From: an uncultured Planctomycetaceae bacterium
GTDB taxonomy: Bacteria > Planctomycetota > Planctomycetia > Planctomycetales > Planctomycetaceae
DNA length: 64,000 bases
Assembly (NCBI GenBank): GCA_963815195.1
Contig: CAWFGE010000008.1
Location: 96,001 to 160,000, forward strand
Direction: 5' to 3'
Shown piece by piece: positions 19,769 through 27,566 of this stretch (the first letter of the stretch is position 1; each line of letters begins with the position of its first letter). Made by a program: the position numbers and the translations under genes. The notes below the pieces were generated by a model. That model was not told the DNA's origin. It made no database searches and saw nothing but the letters and a program-made list of their open reading frames with translations.

Positions 19769-20561
19769 ATGTACATGCCGGAACTTGGCCGATTCACCGC
19801 CCGCGACCCGATGCCGGAGGATGGCGTGTTGGTCGGAGGCTTGCCGCAAAACTCGTATTGGTATGCTAATAATAATCCTTTGAACATGGCCGACCCATCC
19901 GGATTGGCAGCTGAACCAGTATTTGACAACTCATGTTCGCTCCAGGAGCAGGCGTGCATTATAGAAGCGTGGGAGTTGGCTGATAAGATTTTAACGCAAA
20001 ATGAACAATCAGTAAAAGCGAACTGCCCCGACAATAAGCCGATGTCATGTGATCTAAAGCAACTTGTGGCTTGCATTAGAAATGCACTAACGTCCGTCAA
20101 GATTGCTTGTGCTAACCGTGGAGAGGGCGGCTGCCACAAAGGTCAGAAAAATCTGGGCCATACGGACACTCCCTGTGGTCGGATTAAGGGACTTGCGTCC
20201 ATTGGGATTCTCTGTTCCGTCGCCACCAAGCCCACTTTTCCCATGGTTACCAAACATTCTATGCAGTCCCTGTAAACACTTCTTGCCTTATGCTAACGAT
20301 TGTTCCTCCTGTCCCGATGAAGCTCTCACAGGTGCAAAAACATACCTTTGCCGTGACCAAGCACCAGGCGGAAAAAGCATCGCTGGATCGTGCGGTAACC
20401 AGAAAGGCACAAAATGTCTTGCTGCATTATTGGTTCACGAAGCATCACACAATTGCGTAGGGGGGCATGGTACGACCGGTGGAGAAGGCAAATGTGATAA
20501 GTGTGGGAGGCCAGATTCATCCAGTATCGGTGAACGCTTTAAGAAGGCGGTAGGCTGTTAA
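19769..20561 (+). CDS. Mini-Rhs protein 2: Rhs core terminal motif plus Cys-rich HExxH peptidase-like domain; frameshift ~20180-20230
   Basis: AGGAG RBS; MYMPELGRFTARDP...NNNPLNMADPSGL; LAALLVHEASHNC in the +1 frame. Confidence 0.72.
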
Positions 20562-20597
20562 CACCATGTGAATTGGAGCCAAAGTTTGGGGTATGGC

Positions 20598-21629
20598 ATG
20601 AGTTTTAATACAATAATAACTGCTTTAGGTTTATTGCTCGAAGTTAGCACCTCATTACAACCGATGTCATTCGGTGACGAAAAACGGATTGCTAGCAAGC
20701 CGACGCTTACGGCCGCATTTCCAGGAGCCGAAGGACGGGACTTTAGCGTCAAGTGCGTCACATTCTCACCGAATGGAAAAATGCTCGCGATGGGTTCGGG
20801 CGACAACAAGCGAGGTGTCATCGACTTGTGGGACGTGAAGACAAGAGATCGGATTCTCCGTCTTAATGGGCACGCCGGATATATCTATTCCGTCGCTTTC
20901 TCAGCCAACGGGAAGATGTTAGCTTCATCAAGCTTCGATGGAACGGTTCGGCTTTGGCAGATCCCTAGTGGAAAAGAATTGCACGTTTTGAAGGGGCATC
21001 TGAAATTCGTCCCCTGGGTCGTTTTCTCACCTGACGGTAAGTTAGTTGTGTCAGGCGATGATGAAAATATTTACTACTGGAATGCGATAACAGGGAAAAA
21101 GAAGGCAAGCGTCAAAGCCCACAACGGAGGAACTGATGCCTTGGCATTCTCCCCGGATGGAAAAACCCTGGCATCCGGAGGATTTGATAAAAGCATTAAG
21201 CTCTGGGACGTTGGGACAACGAAATTGAAAAGCACATTATTCAAACATAAGGGGCCGTTGCAATGCGTGGCATTTTCTCCCGATGGAAAAACGATGGCCG
21301 CATCGCCGAGGAGCTATAATACGGTCACTTTATATGATATCCAAACAGGCCGCCTCAAAAATCTGGAAACCGATAAAGCAATTTGGGGAACCATCTCATT
21401 TTCTCCTGATGGGCGAACGCTCGCGGTCGGAGAGCAAAAAAGCGTCCTCTTTTTTGACGTGGCCTCGGGCAAGAGAATCTGCAATTTCAAAGCCCATGAT
21501 TACTCAATCTATCAAGTTGCCTTTTCTCCCGATGGAAAGTTTCTCGCAACAGCAAGCTCGGACAATAGTGTGAAGCTTTGGAATGTCGAGTTTCTTAAAG
21601 ACAGGTGCGCCAATTCGCCTTGGCCATGA
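20598..21629 (+). CDS. WD40-repeat protein, candidate immunity/partner
   Basis: About 7 repeats of FSPDGK.LAS...D..V.LW; hydrophobic N-terminus. Confidence 0.88.
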   Translation: MSFNTIITALGLLLEVSTSLQPMSFGDEKRIASKPTLTAAFPGAEGRDFSVKCVTFSPNGKMLAMGSGDNKRGVIDLWDVKTRDRILRLNGHAGYIYSVAFSANGKMLASSSFDGTVRLWQIPSGKELHVLKGHLKFVPWVVFSPDGKLVVSGDDENIYYWNAITGKKKASVKAHNGGTDALAFSPDGKTLASGGFDKSIKLWDVGTTKLKSTLFKHKGPLQCVAFSPDGKTMAASPRSYNTVTLYDIQTGRLKNLETDKAIWGTISFSPDGRTLAVGEQKSVLFFDVASGKRICNFKAHDYSIYQVAFSPDGKFLATASSDNSVKLWNVEFLKDRCANSPWP

Positions 21630-21639
21630 CTTCGGCAAC

Positions 21640-21932
21640 CAAACGATGTATTCGTCGGGAACATCTCGATGCACAAGATCGCTCATCGAGTTCACGAACA
21701 CCATCTGCGGCTTAGGCCAAAGGAACGGCTCGGTCAGTTTCTCCGGGACCAGACGCAGATCGAATCCCTGCTCGTAGGGATGGCCCGGCACGCCGCGAAA
21801 ACGTTCCGCGAACGTTTCGGCGTAACAGTGGGCACAACCTGGGCTGATTTTGGTGCATCCTCGGACGGGATTCCAGGTCGTGTCGGTTTTGGTGTTTGTA
21901 CTCAACGGTGGTTCCTCCGAATTGAAAGTCAA
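21640..21932 (-). pseudogene. DUF5131 (phage Gp37/Gp68) radical-SAM-like fragment
   Basis: TWNPVRGCTKISPGCAHCYAE...FVNSMSDL.H; truncated against the WD40 gene end. Confidence 0.8.
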
Positions 21933-21995
21933 ACCTCGAAATTGCGATAAAAAATGGGGCGAATTGCAAGCGGCGACGGTTGAAGCAGATCCATT

Positions 21996-22397
21996 TCATT
22001 CCGTTTGCAAACGCTCCTCCATTCGACGCCACATTTCCCTTTGCCTTCCCCAATCCACCTCGGCCGCAATCGGCCTCAGCATTTTCTCATGAACCGGATC
22101 CTTACCTTCCATCACCCGCGGCAAAAACAGCAACTCCTCTTGAATCTCCGGTGCCAAATACAACAGATTCAAAATCTGCGTCATGCGAGGCTGCGTAACG
22201 TGGGCCAGTTTTGCCAATTCCGTTTGGTCGCGGACGACGCCATCCCGCAAAAAACCATCGTACCGAATGGCCAACGCCATCAGACGCGAAATTCGCGGAA
22301 TCCGTCCTTCCGCCACGGCCACGGGTTTTTCGGTCGCAATCTTCTGTTGGCCACGTTGGACTTTGCCGAAATGCAGTTTCTGTTTGACGCGGATCAT
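21996..22397 (-). CDS. Recombinase-associated small protein (HTH-like)
   Basis: ELAKLAHVTQPRMTQILNLLYLAPEIQE; overlaps the recombinase stop. Confidence 0.75.
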   Translation of the reverse strand: MIRVKQKLHFGKVQRGQQKIATEKPVAVAEGRIPRISRLMALAIRYDGFLRDGVVRDQTELAKLAHVTQPRMTQILNLLYLAPEIQEELLFLPRVMEGKDPVHEKMLRPIAAEVDWGRQREMWRRMEERLQTE

Positions 22398-23959
22398 ACC
22401 GTCACCCCCATTTGCTGGGCCAATTTCTTAATCGCGGTCGGATGGAATTCCATTTCGATGCTGCTGTCTTTGGGATCGAATCCGACCTGGGAAATCAGCA
22501 AGCCAACCAGTTGGCATTGTTCGCGGGGACTCAGCGCATCCCACAGACCGTCGAAATCGCCGAACGCGGCGTCCACGTCTTCCCGCGTCAATTGGTCGTT
22601 TTCCGCGGCGGCGATTTCTTCCGCCAATTCCGGCATCCGGCGTTCCGCCTCCGAAATTCGATTCTGCAAATCGGCGATCAACGTCGTCGCGGCGGCATCC
22701 AGGTTCGTCACCGCCTGGCGGATTTCCCGATGATGGCGGGACAGTTCCCGTTCCAATTGCGTGCGTTCCAATCGCAGGCGGGCCAGTACTTCTTTCGCGT
22801 ACAATTCCGCCTGTCGCAAGACTTCGGCCTTCAGTTTGCGGTCCGTGGCAATACAGCGGATCTGGTCCACCACGACGCCTTCGATTTCCGGTGCCCGCAA
22901 GGACGGCGACGGGCAGGTTTGGTAGCCGCTTTGGATCGCCCGGGAACACGTATAGTAGCGGTAGCGTTTGCGCCCGCGTGCCGTGAAAGTATGCACCATC
23001 GCCCGCTGGCAGGCCTTGCAAACCAGCCGGCCTTTCAGCAGCGCGGCGTGCTTATTCCGCACCTCCGCCCCGCCCGCGCGGTTGTTCTGTTTCAGCCGGG
23101 CTTGGACCTCGCGAAACACTTCCTTCGGGATGATGGCTTCGTGCTCGCCCTCGAAGAATTCCGTGTTGTGTTTGACGCGGCCGGCATAGATCGGATTCGT
23201 CAGCAGCGCATGCAGGCTGGACTTCTCGAACGGCCGGCCCCCACGCCGGTGGCCTTTCTTTGTCAGCCATTCTTTGTTGGTCCACCCCCGCCGTTCCAAT
23301 TCTTCGACCACGGCCAACAGCGAACCGTGCTTCTGGTACAAATCGAAGATTTCGCGAACGCGGGCGGCTTCCGTGGCGTTGATGACCAATTTGGGGCTGT
23401 GGCCGGAACGGTCGACGTCGTAGCCCAGAACGGGGATCCCGCCCGCCCATTTGCCTTTCCGCCGCTGGGCCGCGATCTTGTCGCGGATGCGTTCGCCGAT
23501 GATCTCGCGTTCGAATTGGGCAAACGACAACAGGATATTCAACATCAGCCGGCCCATCGACGTGGCCGTGTTAAATTGCTGCGTCACGGAAACGAACGAC
23601 ACCTCGTGTTGGTCGAAGACCTCCATGATGCGGGCGAAATCCAACAGCGACCGGCTCAGCCGGTCCAGTTTGTAGATCACGACGCAATCGACTTTCCCGG
23701 CTTGGATGTCTTCCAGCAGCCGCTGAAGCGCCGGCCGTTCCATATCGCCGCCGGAATAGCCGCCATCGTCATAGCGGGTTTGCAAGCAGACCCACCCCTC
23801 ATGTTGCTGGCTGGCAATATACGCCTCCCCGGTTTCGCGTTGGGCGTCCAGCGAATTGAATTCCAGTTCCAAGCCTTCTTCATGGGACTTGCGGGTATAA
23901 ATTGCACAGCGGATTTTCTGCGTCGTTTTTTGTTTGGGTTTGGATTTCTTGCGCGGCAT
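22394..23959 (-). CDS. Large serine recombinase
   Basis: AIYTRKS, DDGGYSGG..ERPAL, YKLDRLSRS, FAQFERE, zinc ribbon C..C...C and coiled coil. Confidence 0.95.
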   Translation of the reverse strand: MPRKKSKPKQKTTQKIRCAIYTRKSHEEGLELEFNSLDAQRETGEAYIASQQHEGWVCLQTRYDDGGYSGGDMERPALQRLLEDIQAGKVDCVVIYKLDRLSRSLLDFARIMEVFDQHEVSFVSVTQQFNTATSMGRLMLNILLSFAQFEREIIGERIRDKIAAQRRKGKWAGGIPVLGYDVDRSGHSPKLVINATEAARVREIFDLYQKHGSLLAVVEELERRGWTNKEWLTKKGHRRGGRPFEKSSLHALLTNPIYAGRVKHNTEFFEGEHEAIIPKEVFREVQARLKQNNRAGGAEVRNKHAALLKGRLVCKACQRAMVHTFTARGRKRYRYYTCSRAIQSGYQTCPSPSLRAPEIEGVVVDQIRCIATDRKLKAEVLRQAELYAKEVLARLRLERTQLERELSRHHREIRQAVTNLDAAATTLIADLQNRISEAERRMPELAEEIAAAENDQLTREDVDAAFGDFDGLWDALSPREQCQLVGLLISQVGFDPKDSSIEMEFHPTAIKKLAQQMGVTV

Positions 23960-24696
23960 TATTTCGCCTCCAGGTTAAAGAAGCGGAATCCGTTGCAGTG
24001 CGATCCGGTGACGGCCTTGGCAACGGCGGACAGGGATTGGTAGCGGTCGCCCTCCCATTCAAAGCCGTTCTTCAAAACGCGGACTTCAATTTCGCGACCT
24101 TTGTACTGGCGGACGATGGAAGTGCCGGGTGTCGGCAGCCGGGGATCGTGGGAAACGGCTTTGGGAATCGGGCTGGCGGTGAAATCTTTGGGCGGCGTGG
24201 TGCGGACCTCGGCGTCGACGGCCAGTTCCGCCGCCGACTCCGATCTGGGCAACGGAATGTCAGTCGGAAGCTCCCACTCCCACACCAGCCCGTCCTCGGG
24301 ATGATCGACCGTGCGCATCATTTGGAAGCCGAGTTTCTTCAGGATGCTCGTCGAAGCGTTCTCTTCGGGCAGCGTCTGGGCAAAGACCGCGAGACTGGCG
24401 TTCTCTCCACGGGCGAGCTTCACGAGTTCGCTTGCAAGCGCCGTGGCCACTCCCTTTCCCTCGTGGGCGGGTGCAGTGCCGTAGGCGATCTCGACCCGTC
24501 CATCAACTGGTTTTGACTTGTACCCGCACACACCGACCGGAACTCCATCATCCAAGCCGACGTAGCCGGTCCACGGCGGCACAAAGCCCGTCCGCCGATA
24601 GTGGCCAACCGTCGCCTGGATCACTTCTCGCAAGAAATCGTTCCGTTCGACATCTTCCGACAGCTTGCCGTTGTCGCCGATTTCGATGAGCCTCAT
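23959..24696 (-). CDS. GNAT acetyltransferase fused to a DUF2924 C-terminal half
   Basis: VEIAYGT.P.HEGKGVAT and N.AS..IL.KLGF, then DPRLP.PGT.IVRQYKG...YQSLSAVAKAVTGSHCNGFRFF. Confidence 0.75.
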   Translation of the reverse strand: MRLIEIGDNGKLSEDVERNDFLREVIQATVGHYRRTGFVPPWTGYVGLDDGVPVGVCGYKSKPVDGRVEIAYGTAPAHEGKGVATALASELVKLARGENASLAVFAQTLPEENASTSILKKLGFQMMRTVDHPEDGLVWEWELPTDIPLPRSESAAELAVDAEVRTTPPKDFTASPIPKAVSHDPRLPTPGTSIVRQYKGREIEVRVLKNGFEWEGDRYQSLSAVAKAVTGSHCNGFRFFNLEAK

Positions 24697-24711
24697 TCGT
24701 CGTTCCTTACA

Positions 24712-24797
24712 GCTTGCAATGAGCCGGTGATCTCGTCGATCTTCTCGGCGTCGTCCGGGCCGATGGCGAGGCAGGTCCGAGTCGGCACACCGTGGAG
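24712..24797 (-). pseudogene. Peptidyl-tRNA hydrolase 2 (PTH2) C-terminal fragment
   Basis: Hand translation HGVPTRTCLAIGPDDAEKIDEITGSL. Confidence 0.65.
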
Positions 24798-24938
24798 TCA
24801 CCCTCCCCAGTGCAAAAGTTGGATTGAATCCAAATCATCACCACCGTAATTCGTGGATGTCATTGTCGCATAAGAACTGAGCGTGCAGAATGAAGGTAGC
24901 GCCAAATCCCGACTCCCAAATGCAGAGGAAAGTTCCCT

Positions 24939-25874
24939 TTGACGACCAATGCTCCTCGATCCTCGCCGTACCGGGAAGTCACCCAAGCAGCGATGCTGGG
25001 GCTGGGCATCAATCTCGTGCTGGGCGTGGTCAAACTCGTGGGCGGGATCGTCGGCAGTTCCTTTGCACTGATCTCGGATGCCGTCAATTCGCTCGGCGAC
25101 GTGTTCATGTCGCTGGTCGTGCTGTTTGCCCTGCGGATCGCCCAGCGCCCGCCCGATGCCGAGCATCCCTACGGCCACACTCGGGCCGAGGCCATCGCCG
25201 GTTCCAACGTGGCCCTCCTCGTCATCGTCTCGGCTGTGCTGGTTGGCTGGGAGGCCATCCAGAGGATCAGCGTCCAGCACGAACTGCCTCCCGTCTGGAC
25301 GCTTTGGATCGCCACAGCCAACATCCTGATTAAAGAGGCCCTGTATCGGTACAACCTGCGGATCGGCAAACGTACCAAATCGAGCGTCGTGATTGCCTCA
25401 GCGTGGGATCACCGCAGCGATGCGCTCTGCTCGCTGGCTGTGTTGATCGGACTGGCGGTCGTCCGCTGGGCTGGACCGGAATGGATCGGGGCGGACGAAG
25501 TGGCGGCCCTCGTGGTCGTCGGCATCATCATCTGGTCGGGTGCCGGGGTGTTCCGCAGGAGCGCCAGCGAGTTGATGGACGTGCAGGCGGACGACGAATT
25601 CGTTCGGCAAGTACGAGCGGCGGCAGAATCAGTTCCCGACATAAAGGCCGTGGAGACACTCTGGGTGCGGAAGTCGGGCTTGGAGTATTTCGCTGACATC
25701 CACATCGAAGTCGATCAGAACCTTACCGTGGCCGAGGGGCACCTCATCGGTCATCGGGTCAAGGATCATCTGCTGGAAGTGTTCCCAACGTTGCGTGACG
25801 TGCTGGTGCATCTGGAGCCGTACCCGCATCACCACGAACCGCCCGAGGGAGAAAGTGGCAACGATGGCAAGTAG
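24939..25874 (+). CDS. Cation diffusion facilitator family transporter
   Basis: ALISDAVNSLGD, PPDAEHPYGHTRAE, DHRSD and VLVHLEP motifs. Confidence 0.93.
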   Translation: MTTNAPRSSPYREVTQAAMLGLGINLVLGVVKLVGGIVGSSFALISDAVNSLGDVFMSLVVLFALRIAQRPPDAEHPYGHTRAEAIAGSNVALLVIVSAVLVGWEAIQRISVQHELPPVWTLWIATANILIKEALYRYNLRIGKRTKSSVVIASAWDHRSDALCSLAVLIGLAVVRWAGPEWIGADEVAALVVVGIIIWSGAGVFRRSASELMDVQADDEFVRQVRAAAESVPDIKAVETLWVRKSGLEYFADIHIEVDQNLTVAEGHLIGHRVKDHLLEVFPTLRDVLVHLEPYPHHHEPPEGESGNDGK

Positions 25875-26166
25875 CCCGATCACGTTCACCTGCAAAGCCA
25901 CGCTTCCTCAGAAACCCGAAGAGATCGCCAGCCAGATTCTCGATCTGAGCAAGTGGCCCGAGTTCAATGGCTCCGTGTTTCTCATGGCGGTGGATGATCC
26001 GGCCACACGTGAGGACGAACGGACGATTCTCGATGACGGCGAAAGCGATGTGCTCACCGGTTCGGCGGGTCTGGACTGGTTCTTTTTCGACCTGAGCCTG
26101 GATCGGGCGACGGACCGGAAAGATGAGATCTTCGCCAACGAGCTCGAGTGGATCCTGTCCGAGTGA
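25863..26166 (+). pseudogene. Chimeric ORF: SRPBCC-like N-terminus joined to an RTX/Ca-binding-protein-type C-terminal tail
   Basis: ITFTCKATLPQKPEEIASQILDLSKWPEFNG followed by ILDDGESDVLTGSAGLDWFF. Confidence 0.5.
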
Positions 26167-26221
26167 TCGGAATGGGATCTCATCTGGAATTGCGAGCCGC
26201 GGGACCATTGCCTTCCGGCGG

Positions 26222-26350
26222 CTTCGCCTCGGGACATCGTTTTTCCGCGGAGCGAAACATCCTCCTCGGCCACCCGCCCCAGAAACGGGACGGGGCTGTC
26301 GTACCGCAAAAACTCCTCAACGGCGTTGGGCGTCCGCGACGGCGTGCGGG
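26222..26350 (-). pseudogene. Cytochrome P450 internal fragment (K helix)
   Basis: Hand translation PNAVEEFLRYDSPVPFLGRVAEEDVSLRGKTMSRGE with ExxR motif. Confidence 0.7.
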
Positions 26351-26351
26351 A

Positions 26352-26783
26352 TCAATCTTCCACGAGCAGATCTTCTCGTGTGATTCGGACCCGGGCGATC
26401 ACGTCGGTCCGCACGTTTTTGGCAGCGAGCCGAACCCCGGCGGGCAAACCGCACGCGACCATCCATAGCCCCCCCGCATCAGTGCCTCGGTAGTTCCAGA
26501 CATAACCCAGAAAGCCTTGGGCGGTTTCATAGAAATCGTCCAAATCGGTGGCGGAGAGTTCGGTGCCGAGTTGGAAGGCAATCCTCCGGGCAAAATCCCG
26601 CGGAAATCGTTCGGACGCCTGAAACTGCATCCCTTCGACGCCGGCCAGCCATGTGGAATTGCGACCGGCCAATTCGCCGACGCTGGGAAGATCGTCGTCC
26701 GACAATTGCAAAGTCGGAGAGACTTCGCCCCGCCCCGATGCCAACCTGTGAGGTACATCAACTGGTGTGACACGGTTCGTCAT
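26352..26783 (-). CDS. Hypothetical protein or fragment
   Basis: ORF starting MTNRVTP after an A/G-rich RBS-like sequence; no recognised motif. Confidence 0.35.
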   Translation of the reverse strand: MTNRVTPVDVPHRLASGRGEVSPTLQLSDDDLPSVGELAGRNSTWLAGVEGMQFQASERFPRDFARRIAFQLGTELSATDLDDFYETAQGFLGYVWNYRGTDAGGLWMVACGLPAGVRLAAKNVRTDVIARVRITREDLLVED

Positions 26784-26980
26784 TGCTGTTTTGTCTTTCT
26801 TTTTAGGGGAATTCCTGGGCGGATTGCCGGCACGCACCGTCCCCATTCGAGAAACGGGAATTCATTTGACAGCCCTTACCGTTCAATGCAAAATTGGGAG
26901 AGAGATTGGCTCATCAAAATCCACCAAAATTCCATCTTTCGAAAAATATCTCTGGCTGAGGATTCGGGAGGGCGGTTCGT

Positions 26981-27553
26981 TTGTCCGAATCTGTGCGCAG
27001 TCAAATCACTCTCCTCCTGCAGAATGCCCAAACCTCGGAGGGGACGACGGATGAATTGCTTCCGCTGGTTTACGAGGAACTGCGCGAGCTCGCCGTCGCC
27101 CAAATGATGGAAGAGAAACCGGGGCACACGCTTCAGCCGACCGCCCTGGTTCACGAAGCGTATCTCCGGCTTGTCGGCGACAACGAGTTAGGCTGGGATT
27201 GCCGGGGCCACTTCTTCGCGGCCGCCGCGAGATCGATGCGGCAAATCCTCATCAATCGCGCGAAGCAGAAGAAAACCGAAAAGCACGGCGGCCAATTCAT
27301 TCGCAACCATCTCGACGAGGCCCTGATCGCCGAGGAACCGCCCCCCGAACGGTTGCTGGCCCTCGACTTGGCTTTGGAACGGCTGGAACAGTTGGACGCC
27401 CGCAAGGGCAAAATTGTGATGCTGCGATATTTTGCGGGGCTGAGCATCGAGGAAGCCGCCAAGGCCCTGGACCTGTCCCCCGCGACGGTCAAACGGGAAT
27501 GGCATTTTGCTCGCACTTGGCTCCACCGGGAGATGAGCAATAGCGAACATTGA
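26981..27553 (+). CDS. ECF sigma factor, TIGR02999/ECF43-like
   Basis: LLPLVYEELRELA, HTLQPTALVHEAYLRL, HFFAAAARSMRQIL and LRYFAGLS motifs. Confidence 0.93.
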   Translation: MSESVRSQITLLLQNAQTSEGTTDELLPLVYEELRELAVAQMMEEKPGHTLQPTALVHEAYLRLVGDNELGWDCRGHFFAAAARSMRQILINRAKQKKTEKHGGQFIRNHLDEALIAEEPPPERLLALDLALERLEQLDARKGKIVMLRYFAGLSIEEAAKALDLSPATVKREWHFARTWLHREMSNSEH

Positions 27554-27566
27554 TTCCGATGCCTGG

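Noticed and set aside
22412..24043. Long antisense ORFs (also 1617-2873, 45412-46860, 47051-48367)
   Set aside because: Shadows of real genes in high-GC DNA; no motifs
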